A stretch of 53,892 bases of DNA from Sphingomicrobium sp. (lineage in GTDB: Bacteria; Pseudomonadota; Alphaproteobacteria; Sphingomonadales; Sphingomonadaceae), in the NCBI GenBank assembly GCA_039925325.1, contig JBDSZD010000095.1:1-53892 (forward strand), written 5' to 3'. The notes beneath the pieces were generated by a model. The model saw only the letters and a list, made by a program, of their open reading frames with translations. It did no database searches and was not told where the DNA came from. This document shows positions 10,222 through 20,480 of this stretch, piece after piece; position 1 is the stretch's first letter, and each line of letters starts with the position of its first letter. The translations under genes were made by a program, and so were the position numbers.

Positions 10222-11343
10222 TCACCTTTCTAAGGCGACTGGCACGTCCATGCCGTGCGTCTTAAGAAGCGCGTATCGTTGGGCGATCTTCAAGTCTTCG
10301 GCGACCATCTCGGCGCACATCTCGTGGGCAGTGATCTCGGGTACCCAGCCCAGTTTCGCTTTGGCCTTGCTTGGATCGCCCAGCAGTGTTTCCACTTCCG
10401 CGGGACGAAAATAACGCGGGTCGACACGGACGATGATATCGCCAGGTTTGACCGCTGGAGACTTCTCACCTGCAACTGCAGCAACGAGAGCGACTTTGTC
10501 CACGCCGTGCCCTGAAAACTCCAAAGTGATCCCTAGTTCGGCCGCCGACCACAAAATGAAGTCGCGCACCGAATGCTGCACGCCAGTGGCAATGACGAAA
10601 TCCTCAGCAATTGGCTGCTGAAGCATCATCCACTGCATACGGACATAATCTTTGGCATGCCCCCAGTCTCGAAGCGCATCGATATTACCCATGTAAAGGC
10701 ATGGCTCCAACCCTTGAGCGATGTTACTGAGGCCCCTGGTGATCTTGCGGGTCACGAAAGTCTCTCCGCGGCGCGGGCTTTCGTGGTTGAACAAAATCCC
10801 GTTGCAGGCATACATTCCGTACGCCTCACGATAGTTCACGCAAATCCAGTACGCGTAAAGCTTGGCAACAGCATAAGGGCTGCGAGGATGAAACGGCGTG
10901 GTCTCGCGCTGCGGCGTCTCCTGAACCAACCCGTAGAGCTCCGAAGTCGAAGCCTGGTAATAGCGTGTCGTCTTGTCCAACCCGAGAAAGCGGATCGCCT
11001 CTAGAATTCGCAGCGCGCCAAGTGCGTCCACATCCGCAGTATATTCGGGCGCTTCGAAGCTCACCGCTACATGAGACTGGGCACCGAGGTTATAAACCTC
11101 ATCAGGCCGTACTTCCGCCAGAACACGGGTCAGGTTCGAACTGTCGGTCAGATCGCCATAGTGCAGTTTCAGACTTTGGTGATTGCTGTGCGGATCCTCA
11201 TAGAGGTGGTCTATTCGCTGCGTGTTGAACGAGGAAGCACGGCGCTTGATCCCGTGCACTTCGTAGCCTTTATCCAACAAAAATTCTGCCAGATACGAGC
11301 CGTCCTGACCGGTGATCCCCGTTATAAGTGCAACCTTGGTCAT
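10222..11343 (-). CDS. gmd: GDP-mannose 4,6-dehydratase
   Basis: [57 protein letters not shown]. Confidence 0.98.
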   Translation of the reverse strand: MTKVALITGITGQDGSYLAEFLLDKGYEVHGIKRRASSFNTQRIDHLYEDPHSNHQSLKLHYGDLTDSSNLTRVLAEVRPDEVYNLGAQSHVAVSFEAPEYTADVDALGALRILEAIRFLGLDKTTRYYQASTSELYGLVQETPQRETTPFHPRSPYAVAKLYAYWICVNYREAYGMYACNGILFNHESPRRGETFVTRKITRGLSNIAQGLEPCLYMGNIDALRDWGHAKDYVRMQWMMLQQPIAEDFVIATGVQHSVRDFILWSAAELGITLEFSGHGVDKVALVAAVAGEKSPAVKPGDIIVRVDPRYFRPAEVETLLGDPSKAKAKLGWVPEITAHEMCAEMVAEDLKIAQRYALLKTHGMDVPVALER

Positions 11344-11732
11344 TTTTCCGTACTCGACCTATTTGGAATTGCGTCGGGGCGAACCGCCAGCAGGCGCCGC
11401 TTAAGCTAATCCCGCGCCGCCCGGCAAGAGCACGCCAATCATGGTGGCGATGATCATTCTTTTGACTGACCTTGCGGCATCGAAACTGGATCGATCGCAT
11501 CCCTTCATTGCAAAGGCCCATTTCTTGCAACATTTGCGGGGGAATATTCGATCACGGATTAGGTTCCGGACAAGACATCGAAATAGCTCCTCCGGACGGC
11601 TCTTCAATGATTTTGAGCCCTTCCGCTGCCAGCGGATTTAACAAATGCTCTCTTGCTGTCCAAACCGAGGCAGTTAATGACAAAGCTGAGCGGCTAGGCG
11701 ATAACTTCGGGCGTCCAGGAACTAACAGTCAG

Positions 11733-14700
11733 ATGAGGGCCCAAGAGGGAATGAACAGCCGCCAGACTCACTCGCGAGCGAGGCCCTCAAAGAATCCGAA
11801 GGCGATTAGTCGGGTCGGCTTGCTGGTCCTTGGCATGCACCGAAGCGGAACCTCGGCGCTCACCCGTGTCCTCTCTTTGCTCGGAGCCGATTTACCCGCA
11901 ACTCTCCTGAGCGGCAGCGCCGCCAACCTCACCAGCAATGCTCGGGGGCATTGGGAATCCGAACCCATTGTCCGATTGAACGACGAAATTTTCAGTTCCG
12001 CGGGGATTACTTGGCGCAGTCCCGAACCGATGCCCGACCAGTGGTATGAAAGCGCTCGATTTGAGCAGTTCCAGCGCGAGGCGCTGATCCGGTTGGAAAA
12101 CGAGTTCGGCCGCTCTCCTCTATTTGTAATCAAGGACCCACGCGTCTGCAAGCTCGTCCCTTTCTGGCTCTCGGTGCTGGAAAAGGCGGCGGTAAATCCG
12201 GCGATCGTCAACATGGTCCGAAGTCCCGACGAAGTGGCCGGGTCATTACTCAAGCGCAACGGGATCGACCGCCCGCTCGGCAAGTTGCTGTGGTTACGCT
12301 ATGTGCTCGGCTCGGAGAAGGATAGCCGCTCGAGAGCGCGTGTCCATCTAACCTACGATGCGTTACTCGCCGACTGGCAGGCCATCGCGCAAACCATTTC
12401 GGGCACCTTCGATATTCGTTGGCCAGCAGCTGCGACCGAACGGGTTGAGCGCATAACGGACTTCTTGTCCGATGCAGAACGACATCATTGGGAAGCACCC
12501 AGTGTGCATCTATGTGATGACGTGGGTTCCTGGGCAACCCAAGCTTACGCGATCCTCAAGCACTGGGCAGATCATGAGGAGTCCGCGTCCGACCAAATGA
12601 AGTTGGACGCTATCGCAGCGAGATTTGACGAGGCGGTTCAGCCGCTGCTCGCCCCGCTGCTCATTTCATATGAGAAGGCGGCGTCTGTACATAAGTTGCA
12701 GGCTATACGCTCGACTAATGATGCTGAAATTGAACAACTGAAAAGTGATTTGTTGGCTGTTCAAAAAAAAGTGTCCGCCTTTGCCGTAGAATTTGGGGCT
12801 CCATTGATTCCCCGGGACGAGGCCGGCCCTTCGGTGCCTGTCGAGGTCATCACAAACGCTATGGATGGGTTGTCAACTGCGATCTCAGCACGCCGTGAGA
12901 CTTTGACGCGTGAACTGGTAGATTTAGGCGCGGAGCGAGATCAGATAGTAGCCGAGCTTTGCGAAGCGAAGGGCCATCTTACTTCGAAGAATGCCGAGGT
13001 TGCTTTGGAGAAAAAGCAACAGGTAAAGCTGGCCGCCCGCTTAAATGAGCAAAAATCCGAACTTGCCGGGCGTTATGAAAAAGACATGCAAGCGTCTGCT
13101 CTGCGGGAGTCCCAGTTTCAGCAGCTTTTGGCTCTTGAGCGAGACCAGCGCCTGAAGACCGAAACGAGATTGGAGCAGGTTCAAAGAATCAACGCGTCGC
13201 TGCTGATTGTCAGAGGTCGGTTTGAAGCGGCAAGTGAAGAGCTGGCCCGCCTCAAAGAGGAACGGGATGAAATTCAGAAGCGGGCAGAAGATGTCCAGCA
13301 GAAATCAAAGAACGAGCTTCATAAAGCTAAGGACCAGGCAGATAAGTTGAAGGTCGAGCGCAACAAACTTGCGGGCGAGCGTGATAAGCTCACGGGCGAG
13401 CGCGAAAATCTCAAGAGCGAACGGGACAAATTACAAACTGCCCTCACCGCGACCCGAGACGATAGGGACTTAAGAATTGAAGAGCGGGACAACCGGATCA
13501 GGGAGCTCGCCCGTGCAGTGAAGCGGTTGAAGAAGAAGGCTGAGGAGGACCGTCGAAGCCAACTTGAGCGCGACGAAGAAGCGGGAACTCCCTCCCCTTT
13601 GACACCCGGGAAGGAGCCGAGCGCCATCAAACAAATGTTGCGCAGCCTCATTCCCGGATCCCGCCGACGAGACCTGCAGGACAGCGTCAATCTCGTCAGA
13701 AATAGTGGGCTGTTCGACGCGAATTATTATCTCGAGCGCTATCCGGATCTGCAGGGCAATCCAGACGAACTGCTGGCACATTACATCACACACGGCGGGC
13801 ATGAGGGACGCGCGCCGAGTGCAGCGTTCAACGGGCGGGAGTACCTACGAAAGTATCCCGATGTCGCCGCCGCCGGTCTAAACCCCCTGGTCCACTTCCT
13901 TCAATGTGGAAAGGACGAAGGTCGAGCTCATACTCCGGAAGGAAAGCCGAAGAGTCTTCCACCACCTGCGCCAGTCGAGTGCTCGGTCCACGACCACCAG
14001 GTCGGACCACGAGAATCAGAAGCAGCGAAAGCCCATCTCGCCGATGTAACCGTGACCGACATTGCGCTTGATCGGGAGGCGGATACCAAGATCGAAGTAT
14101 TGAATGGCCCGACGATCGGACCGCTCCAGGACGATCGCGCTCCGTTGCTCGACTCTTTCTCGGCGCTCGCGACCGGCGCGTCGGATTGGCTAAGGTCATC
14201 GACTTTCACCGACACCAACACTCTGACGGTCGGCAGTGTCGCGGTGGCCGTTGAAAATCCGTCCGCTGAATCTGATTCAGGCGCGGCGCTGTCGTGGTTT
14301 GATGCTTTGAACTTCGCAAGTCCGGTTGCCCCCGATTGCGACGCCAGGATGGCGGTTCGCAGTATGCTCTGCGACAACCGGCTAAGGATTGAAGACGCCT
14401 GGCTACCGAGCGACTTCACGGTTCGGATCCGCCTGTCCATCGACGGTGGTGAGCCTTTGGTGGTCCGATGTTGTCAATCCGGTCATGACGGCAACGTGTC
14501 GCTGCGGACTGAGCAGGCGCTGGTCGCCCAAGGGTCCATTGTTTTCGACATAAGTCTAGCGAGCCGCTTTACCGCCATCCTGTTGGTTTTCAGCGATCAT
14601 GAAGGCCGCTTGATTGACTCCGCACTGGTGCCTTTCCCAACGCTGTTGAGGGGCGGCATTCATCACGGAGAACTGATCAATCACATGAGTTCGGCGACTG

Positions 14701-16064
14701 GCTCGGAAGCGCACGAATTTTACGCATCCAAATTGCTCGTCGCGTTCGCCGATAAATCCGCGCCACCCGCTATTTGTGACGTTTCGGTCGCACTGAAAAA
14801 TGCCAATGGGACTGAACCAATTTTTTCGGTGTCTTTTCGCGATTGGCTGTACCGGCAATTTGGAATCAGAGTCACGGCGAAGGTGGCACCGGTCAGCGAC
14901 GACCCCGGTTTGTTCGTTCTTTCAAAACAGATGCAAGATTTTGCGTTATTGAAGACTGAGGGCCGATTGGCCGGCCGTACCCTGTTGATCGGCGCCAACT
15001 CGATCCCCAGTCTACAAGTGTTGCTCGCCCGAGAAGCGGATCTGGCCGACGCGAGCGCCGTGCGCACAATTGTTGTCGATGAGCTTACGCGGCGACCGTT
15101 GCGCGCTGTTGATCACCCCATAATCGACTGCGGCAATGAAAGCTTGCTGGAGCAAGCATTCGAGCCGCCGCTGGTGCCTGGCGACTCTTCAGAAGCCAGC
15201 GCTACAGTTGTGTGCATCAGCTTCAGCACCGCCACCTTTGATGTTCGCGTCCCATTTCCTGTCGCGGGTAATCTTGCTTCCGCATTTCCCAATTTTACCC
15301 CCATCGAGAATGCGCCTATTTCCGCGATCGTTAGGTGTACCGGAAGCCTTGACGGGCTGCCGCGACTTTTGGCGTCTCTTGCCCATCAGCGGTCGGTTGG
15401 TGCGCTGGAGTGCTTACTGATCGGCAACGTGCCCGACGTTCCTGACTCCGTGCTGCTACCGTTCGACACCGACCAGCGGGTGACATTGGTGCGAACCGAA
15501 ATCCGAGACGGAACCCCGTTTTCTCTCCTGCATGCGGCGGTAGCACAGGCAACGCACGATCGACTCCTGATCGTCGACGATCAAAAGGTCTTACACGATC
15601 CTCGAACACTTAGTGTCCTAACGGCCTTGTGCGAGCTTGACGAAACCGGCACCGCAGGTTGCCATGTCGTTAGTGTGTTGAGCAACAAGAACGGCGTTGA
15701 GAAATACAAAGCACGTGCCGGCTGGGTCGCGGTGAGCAACGGGCGCTCTCCGCAAGTGCTTAAGCGTCCAGATGTGAGGGATCTGGCGCTACCTCCACTG
15801 TACCCCGTGCTCGCCAACCCGTTGGGCTGCTTGCTGATCAAGCGGGAGCTCTGGCCTTCGGAAGTCAACGGTGTGGATGGCTTGGAGGCTGATCTGCAGC
15901 ATCCCGACATGACGCTCGGTATTGCGATGTTCGCCAAGGGCAAGATGAACATCGCATCCTCATTGATTTCAATCTCCGATTGCGACGAAACCTCCCACGG
16001 CGACGTCGAAGCGTCTTGGCTCGCAACCATACCCAGACGGTTCATCGCGGTGGAAGATTACTGA
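11733..16064 (+). CDS. Large multidomain protein: N-terminal sulfotransferase domain + coiled coil + FDxxYYL repeats + unknown domain + degenerate GT2-like C-terminus (module gene A)
   Basis: PAPS-binding loop LVLGMHRSGTS, plus GHWE, KDPR, RSPDEVAGSL. E/K/R/L heptads follow, then LFDANYYLERYPD...YPDVAAAGLNPLVHF...EGR. Start is ATG 11733 or 11751 (ORF open to 11472). Confidence 0.85.
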   Translation: MRAQEGMNSRQTHSRARPSKNPKAISRVGLLVLGMHRSGTSALTRVLSLLGADLPATLLSGSAANLTSNARGHWESEPIVRLNDEIFSSAGITWRSPEPMPDQWYESARFEQFQREALIRLENEFGRSPLFVIKDPRVCKLVPFWLSVLEKAAVNPAIVNMVRSPDEVAGSLLKRNGIDRPLGKLLWLRYVLGSEKDSRSRARVHLTYDALLADWQAIAQTISGTFDIRWPAAATERVERITDFLSDAERHHWEAPSVHLCDDVGSWATQAYAILKHWADHEESASDQMKLDAIAARFDEAVQPLLAPLLISYEKAASVHKLQAIRSTNDAEIEQLKSDLLAVQKKVSAFAVEFGAPLIPRDEAGPSVPVEVITNAMDGLSTAISARRETLTRELVDLGAERDQIVAELCEAKGHLTSKNAEVALEKKQQVKLAARLNEQKSELAGRYEKDMQASALRESQFQQLLALERDQRLKTETRLEQVQRINASLLIVRGRFEAASEELARLKEERDEIQKRAEDVQQKSKNELHKAKDQADKLKVERNKLAGERDKLTGERENLKSERDKLQTALTATRDDRDLRIEERDNRIRELARAVKRLKKKAEEDRRSQLERDEEAGTPSPLTPGKEPSAIKQMLRSLIPGSRRRDLQDSVNLVRNSGLFDANYYLERYPDLQGNPDELLAHYITHGGHEGRAPSAAFNGREYLRKYPDVAAAGLNPLVHFLQCGKDEGRAHTPEGKPKSLPPPAPVECSVHDHQVGPRESEAAKAHLADVTVTDIALDREADTKIEVLNGPTIGPLQDDRAPLLDSFSALATGASDWLRSSTFTDTNTLTVGSVAVAVENPSAESDSGAALSWFDALNFASPVAPDCDARMAVRSMLCDNRLRIEDAWLPSDFTVRIRLSIDGGEPLVVRCCQSGHDGNVSLRTEQALVAQGSIVFDISLASRFTAILLVFSDHEGRLIDSALVPFPTLLRGGIHHGELINHMSSATGSEAHEFYASKLLVAFADKSAPPAICDVSVALKNANGTEPIFSVSFRDWLYRQFGIRVTAKVAPVSDDPGLFVLSKQMQDFALLKTEGRLAGRTLLIGANSIPSLQVLLAREADLADASAVRTIVVDELTRRPLRAVDHPIIDCGNESLLEQAFEPPLVPGDSSEASATVVCISFSTATFDVRVPFPVAGNLASAFPNFTPIENAPISAIVRCTGSLDGLPRLLASLAHQRSVGALECLLIGNVPDVPDSVLLPFDTDQRVTLVRTEIRDGTPFSLLHAAVAQATHDRLLIVDDQKVLHDPRTLSVLTALCELDETGTAGCHVVSVLSNKNGVEKYKARAGWVAVSNGRSPQVLKRPDVRDLALPPLYPVLANPLGCLLIKRELWPSEVNGVDGLEADLQHPDMTLGIAMFAKGKMNIASSLISISDCDETSHGDVEASWLATIPRRFIAVEDY
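13344..13427 (+). repeat. Four degenerate 21-nt tandem units encoding heptads KLKVERN/KLAGERD/KLTGERE/NLKSERD
   Basis: aagttgaaggtcgagcgcaac / aaacttgcgggcgagcgtgat / aagctcacgggcgagcgcgaa / aatctcaagagcgaacgggac. Confidence 0.75.
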
Positions 16065-16065
16065 C

Positions 16066-17604
16066 GTGAAAATTACCGTCATTGTTCCGTCGGAACAGTA
16101 CCTGCAGACGGCGGGCGTTCGCATTCGCTATAAGCGGATCAGCGCCGCACTCGCTCAGCTCGGCTGGACCCTTGATATCGTACCGATCGGCGACGTTCCT
16201 GACCTCTCGGTTGAAGACAGCCGCATCTACGTTCTTAGCAAGTGTCAGGATGCGCGGGCTGTGGTCCTAGCAACCGCCGCAAAGCGCGCCGGAATCGTCG
16301 TTGGCATCGACTTGTACGACGATTACTTCAGCCAGGAGGTCGACTCTCGCTTTGCAACTCAACGCTTATGGCTTCAGTCCATGGCAAGAGAGACGAGCTT
16401 CTTCCTATGCTCAACTGCGAGAATGCTCGAAGTAGGTGAGGCCGTTTTCGGCGACGGCACCGGGTATGTTTTGGGCGATCCCCATGAGGAATTCGATCCT
16501 CAACGCCTGGCGCACGAACTTGACGTAAAAATCCGAAAAGCCAAGCGAGAGCGCTACATTCAGATTTTGTGGTTCGGTATAGCCGAAAACCCAAGTTTTC
16601 CTGTCGGGCTTCACGATTTGTCTGCATTCGCGGAAGCATTGCTACCATTTCAGGATAACAGCTACAAAGCTACCCTAACGATTCTCACAAATAAGGAAGG
16701 CATCGACGGGCAAGTACTCGAACGTCTGCGGCGTATCCCAATCCCTTTTGTGGTAGCTGAGTGGAGCAAAAAACGGGAGGAGGAAGCGTTCTCCCGCAGC
16801 CTCGTCAGCTTTTTGCCGGTAAACTATCAGCCATTTAGCATAGCGAAGTCACTAAATCGCGGCGTGTCGGCACTTGTTGGGGGCACTCAAGTGTTGACGG
16901 CTGGCTACCCGCTTTACCAAGACCTTGAAGAATATGTATATTGTGATGGGTCTTGCCTGATCGAAGACTTGGAAAACGCGCAACTCAAACTCTCGAATCA
17001 AAATATCGAGGTGTTTTCTGACTGGATCGGTCGACAAGCCGCTCCGGCAACACAAGCGCTTAACCTCGTGAAGTTTCTCGAAGCAAAGATTGACTCCTCT
17101 CCTGACGCTGCCGTCGGAGATCAGCAATACGCGGTTCTGCATGGAGCAAAGTCCACTTCGTCGATCAATAACTTTGCCCAGCGCCTGAAATGGCTATCGT
17201 TGGCTTCACCACTATTGCCTTCCGGAATGCCGTGCGATGCGCATCTCGGATTTTGCGGCGCGGATACAACACTCAGACTGCGAGTGTCCCAAGCTGGTCT
17301 GGAACAACTGCCAGAACAATTACGAGTTGAGGCGGTATGGGCGGATCGTGCGCTGGGCAAGGGTCCGTCCTGGGAAGTCCCTCTAGCCTCACATAATTTT
17401 GCCTATCCGCTTGAAACCATTTGTAATTTAATCAAACGCGCAGGATGCGCTGATGCGGCAATAAATACACAAGTCATGAAACTGACTCGCCAATTTTTCA
17501 ATGCGATTTTTGAAAATCTAAGCATTGTTGAAGCTGAGATCGATCCTGTCGAAAACATCATACGTGATCTCAATCAACGGACGTGTCTCCATGTATCTAG
17601 ATAA
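16066..17604 (+). CDS. Hypothetical GT-B-like glycosyltransferase (module gene B)
   Basis: Starts 1 nt after the gene A stop. Motifs AGVRIRY, DLYDDYFSQ, WFG..ENPSFPVG, FLPVN..FS.AKSLNR. Paralog of 35553..37040. Confidence 0.8.
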   Translation: MKITVIVPSEQYLQTAGVRIRYKRISAALAQLGWTLDIVPIGDVPDLSVEDSRIYVLSKCQDARAVVLATAAKRAGIVVGIDLYDDYFSQEVDSRFATQRLWLQSMARETSFFLCSTARMLEVGEAVFGDGTGYVLGDPHEEFDPQRLAHELDVKIRKAKRERYIQILWFGIAENPSFPVGLHDLSAFAEALLPFQDNSYKATLTILTNKEGIDGQVLERLRRIPIPFVVAEWSKKREEEAFSRSLVSFLPVNYQPFSIAKSLNRGVSALVGGTQVLTAGYPLYQDLEEYVYCDGSCLIEDLENAQLKLSNQNIEVFSDWIGRQAAPATQALNLVKFLEAKIDSSPDAAVGDQQYAVLHGAKSTSSINNFAQRLKWLSLASPLLPSGMPCDAHLGFCGADTTLRLRVSQAGLEQLPEQLRVEAVWADRALGKGPSWEVPLASHNFAYPLETICNLIKRAGCADAAINTQVMKLTRQFFNAIFENLSIVEAEIDPVENIIRDLNQRTCLHVSR

Positions 17605-19807
17605 GCCCTGCGTCGTATTGATTTTTAATCTTTTACAGGACGTCAATATTCTTTGGCCAATTGCGAACTTAGTTAATGAGGAAACGTCCTACTCTCTCAT
17701 ACTGTTGACTTCAGACAATTTCGTCGAACGAGATCAGACCGGCCGTTGGATGACCGAATTGGAAACTTTGAAGTCGGGAACGGGCGCTTCATTACAAACT
17801 TTCGCCACGAGCTTGGGCGCTTTTGAAACTCTCCAAAAGCGCCACGGCGTGATTTTTGCGGCAAGCGAGTCCAGTCTCAATCCGCATCGCGTCACCCATG
17901 ACCTGTTCCGCGGCGCACCCAGCCGGTTTACGCGCGTTACCCTCCAACACGGCTTCGAATGCCCGGGATTCCATCAAAGCCGCGAGCAAACGATCGCCTT
18001 CGGCGACTCGGTCCGCTTTGCTGCCGATATATTGTGTGGCTGGACCGGACCAGACGGGCAGGCCCACACGTCACGAACCGACGTCAGTAAGATTGTCGTG
18101 ACCGGCCCTTCTGCCTTGATTCCTGTTCAGTCTCCCAGTCCCGAAAGCCCGTCGCCGCGGGGGTCCACCGGCCTGATATGTGAGAATCTTCATTCGGCGC
18201 GCATGAATGCGGGTGGTGATTTCAAGCAAAGCTACATGGAAACCTTTTTAGCCTTCGCCCAGGTGATGGGTCACAAGGGTCGTGCCGTCGCTTTGCGGCC
18301 GCATCCAGGCGGGCAATATGTGGTCCGCAATGAGGTGCATTTGCCTGAAAACATGGTTCTGCAGAACGACCCGATCTATCGCGTCGACTTGGCCAATTAT
18401 GCCTATGGGATATCTGCCCCTTCCTCTGTGCTCATCGATATGGTCCTGGCTGGTATTCCGACTGCTGTCTGGCAAGATGCGGACGGCATCATCGACGCTG
18501 ATAGTTACCGCGGACTGACAAGAGTCAGTACGCTTCGGGAGTGGATCGCATTTGCGGATGCCGCAATTGAAGATCCTTCAAGTTTTGTCGAAATGCAGAA
18601 GGATTTCATCAAGGCCAGCGGTATTTTGGTGGATCCCGCAACGGTGCGTCGCAATTACCTCGACCTTATTCGTTCCGCGTGCGGGGGTGGTACCGGCGCC
18701 AGACCTCGATCCGAAAGCAAGCGCATATTGTTCGTCGCCAATGGCAAAATCCCCACGCTGGAAATCTGCTTTTTGACTCCGCTCGCGCCGCTCTTTGAGA
18801 GCGGTCTAATGGACCCGTTGGTCATCGTTGAAGGACAAATAAGGAAGGCGATGGGTCCGGAGTCCAGTCTCGACAAAGGTCAGGACTGGGTGCGGGAGCA
18901 GCTTGAAGAGCATCAACCCGATATTGCGGTATTTTGCAGATATAGCGGCCCGTTGGCCGATTTCTTGGTAACCATGCTGCACGAAAAAAACATCCCGGTC
19001 GTTTATCACGTCGACGACGATCTGATGAATGTGCCGACAGAAATTGGCGAAATCAAATTCCACGAACATAACTTGCCACAGAGATTGTTATCTGTTTCCA
19101 CCCTCTTCGCTAGATCTGATATTGTATATTGTTCGACAGAGCGACTCATGAATAGAATAGAAGAATTAGGCTACAATAACAATTTGCGTACGGGTCCTGC
19201 TCATTGCTCTGGTGAGACACGCGGGCATCCGGTTGGACGGCCGGTTCGTACAGTCGGTTATATGGGATTTGACCACGCGCACGATCTAGATACGGTCTTG
19301 CCGGACCTCGTTCGTTTTCTCACGGAACGACCGGAAGTCCGTTTCGAGTTGTTTGGCACCATCCCTGTTCCCGAAGAATTGCTTGAATTTGGCGACAGAA
19401 TTTCTTTGGTGCTGCCCGTTCGGCCCTACGAGGCATTTCTCGACAAGCTGGTGAGGCTCGATTGGGATATCGGTATAGCGCCATTAGCAAACACTCTATT
19501 CAATCAGTATAAAGCTAATAATAAATGGATTGAATATACGTCGGCAGGGTATGCGGTGGTGGCAACTGCGGGAGCGGCTTACGATCATTGTTGCGCCGAC
19601 GATTGCGGTATCCTCATTAGTGGTAAAAACGGCTGGTACGATGCGCTCACGTTGCTTTGCGAGGACCCGGCTCTTTGCATTCGCATGGTAAGCAATGCTC
19701 AGGACCGCTTGAGGCGAGAATATTCCAAAGAGACTCTGAGGCGGCAAGTCCTGGATGTCTTCGATCAAGCAATTTCCCTCCGACCGCCAAGGGTTGCGGC
19801 ACTTTAG
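17591..19807 (+). CDS. Two-domain glycosyltransferase (N-terminal QHG/RPHP GT-B domain + C-terminal GT4-like domain; module gene C)
   Basis: [16 protein letters not shown]; C-terminal YHVDDDL, DIGIAPL..FN.YKANNKWIEY. ATG 17591 overlaps the end of gene B. Paralog of 33316..35553. Confidence 0.8.
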   Translation: MYLDKPCVVLIFNLLQDVNILWPIANLVNEETSYSLILLTSDNFVERDQTGRWMTELETLKSGTGASLQTFATSLGAFETLQKRHGVIFAASESSLNPHRVTHDLFRGAPSRFTRVTLQHGFECPGFHQSREQTIAFGDSVRFAADILCGWTGPDGQAHTSRTDVSKIVVTGPSALIPVQSPSPESPSPRGSTGLICENLHSARMNAGGDFKQSYMETFLAFAQVMGHKGRAVALRPHPGGQYVVRNEVHLPENMVLQNDPIYRVDLANYAYGISAPSSVLIDMVLAGIPTAVWQDADGIIDADSYRGLTRVSTLREWIAFADAAIEDPSSFVEMQKDFIKASGILVDPATVRRNYLDLIRSACGGGTGARPRSESKRILFVANGKIPTLEICFLTPLAPLFESGLMDPLVIVEGQIRKAMGPESSLDKGQDWVREQLEEHQPDIAVFCRYSGPLADFLVTMLHEKNIPVVYHVDDDLMNVPTEIGEIKFHEHNLPQRLLSVSTLFARSDIVYCSTERLMNRIEELGYNNNLRTGPAHCSGETRGHPVGRPVRTVGYMGFDHAHDLDTVLPDLVRFLTERPEVRFELFGTIPVPEELLEFGDRISLVLPVRPYEAFLDKLVRLDWDIGIAPLANTLFNQYKANNKWIEYTSAGYAVVATAGAAYDHCCADDCGILISGKNGWYDALTLLCEDPALCIRMVSNAQDRLRREYSKETLRRQVLDVFDQAISLRPPRVAAL

Positions 19808-19864
19808 ATGGCCGAGCCAACAACGAGGTCGTACCGCCTGTCGCGGTGCGCCTTAGCCGGCCCT

Positions 19865-20419
19865 CTACTTGAAGTATTGAGGCAGGTGCGCGAGCCTCGG
19901 CTGGCTGCGATCCTTAGCCGAAAGTGTATCCCGATCCGCGATTGTGGGCCACTCGATCGCGATGTCAGGATCGTCCCACGCCACTCCCATGTCGCACTCG
20001 GCACTGTAGTAATTCGTAACGCGATAGCTAATCAATGAACTTGGCGCGAGCGTGCAGAAGGCGTGACCGAAGCCTACCGGCACCCAAAGCTGATTATTTT
20101 GCTCGGGGGTGAGTGTAACGGCGATCCAGCGGCCGTAGTTTGGCGAACCGCGGCGGAGATCAATGGCTACGTCAAACACGCTTCCTGCCAGACATCGCAC
20201 CAGCTTTCCTTGAGCGAAAGGATCGCTTTGGAAGTGGATGCCACGAATGGTTCCAGGCCGCACGCTTAGCGACTGATTATCCTGCACGAAATCGATCGCT
20301 CCCGCATGCTGGGCAAAGGTATCGGAGCGGAAAAGCTCGGAAAAATAGCCACGCTCATCCTCGATCTTCCGGGGCACAATCTCCAGGGGTCCTGCGAGGT
20401 CGAATTTTCGAAATTCCAT
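19865..20419 (-). CDS. rfbC: dTDP-4-dehydrorhamnose 3,5-epimerase RmlC
   Basis: DERGYFSE, QDNQSLS, RGIHFQ, QGKLVRC, GFGHAFCTL, WDDPDIAIEWP, LSAKD. Confidence 0.97.
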   Translation of the reverse strand: MEFRKFDLAGPLEIVPRKIEDERGYFSELFRSDTFAQHAGAIDFVQDNQSLSVRPGTIRGIHFQSDPFAQGKLVRCLAGSVFDVAIDLRRGSPNYGRWIAVTLTPEQNNQLWVPVGFGHAFCTLAPSSLISYRVTNYYSAECDMGVAWDDPDIAIEWPTIADRDTLSAKDRSQPRLAHLPQYFK

Positions 20420-20480
20420 TGTTCGTCCTTGCGGTTTGGGTGCGCGCTTCGCGGCTCGCTTAGTCCACTACCCTCCCAAT

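Noticed and set aside
6618-19864. Cassette as an IS, prophage or integron element
   Set aside because: No transposase, integrase, tRNA or terminal inverted repeats recognised, so it is not called a mobile_element.
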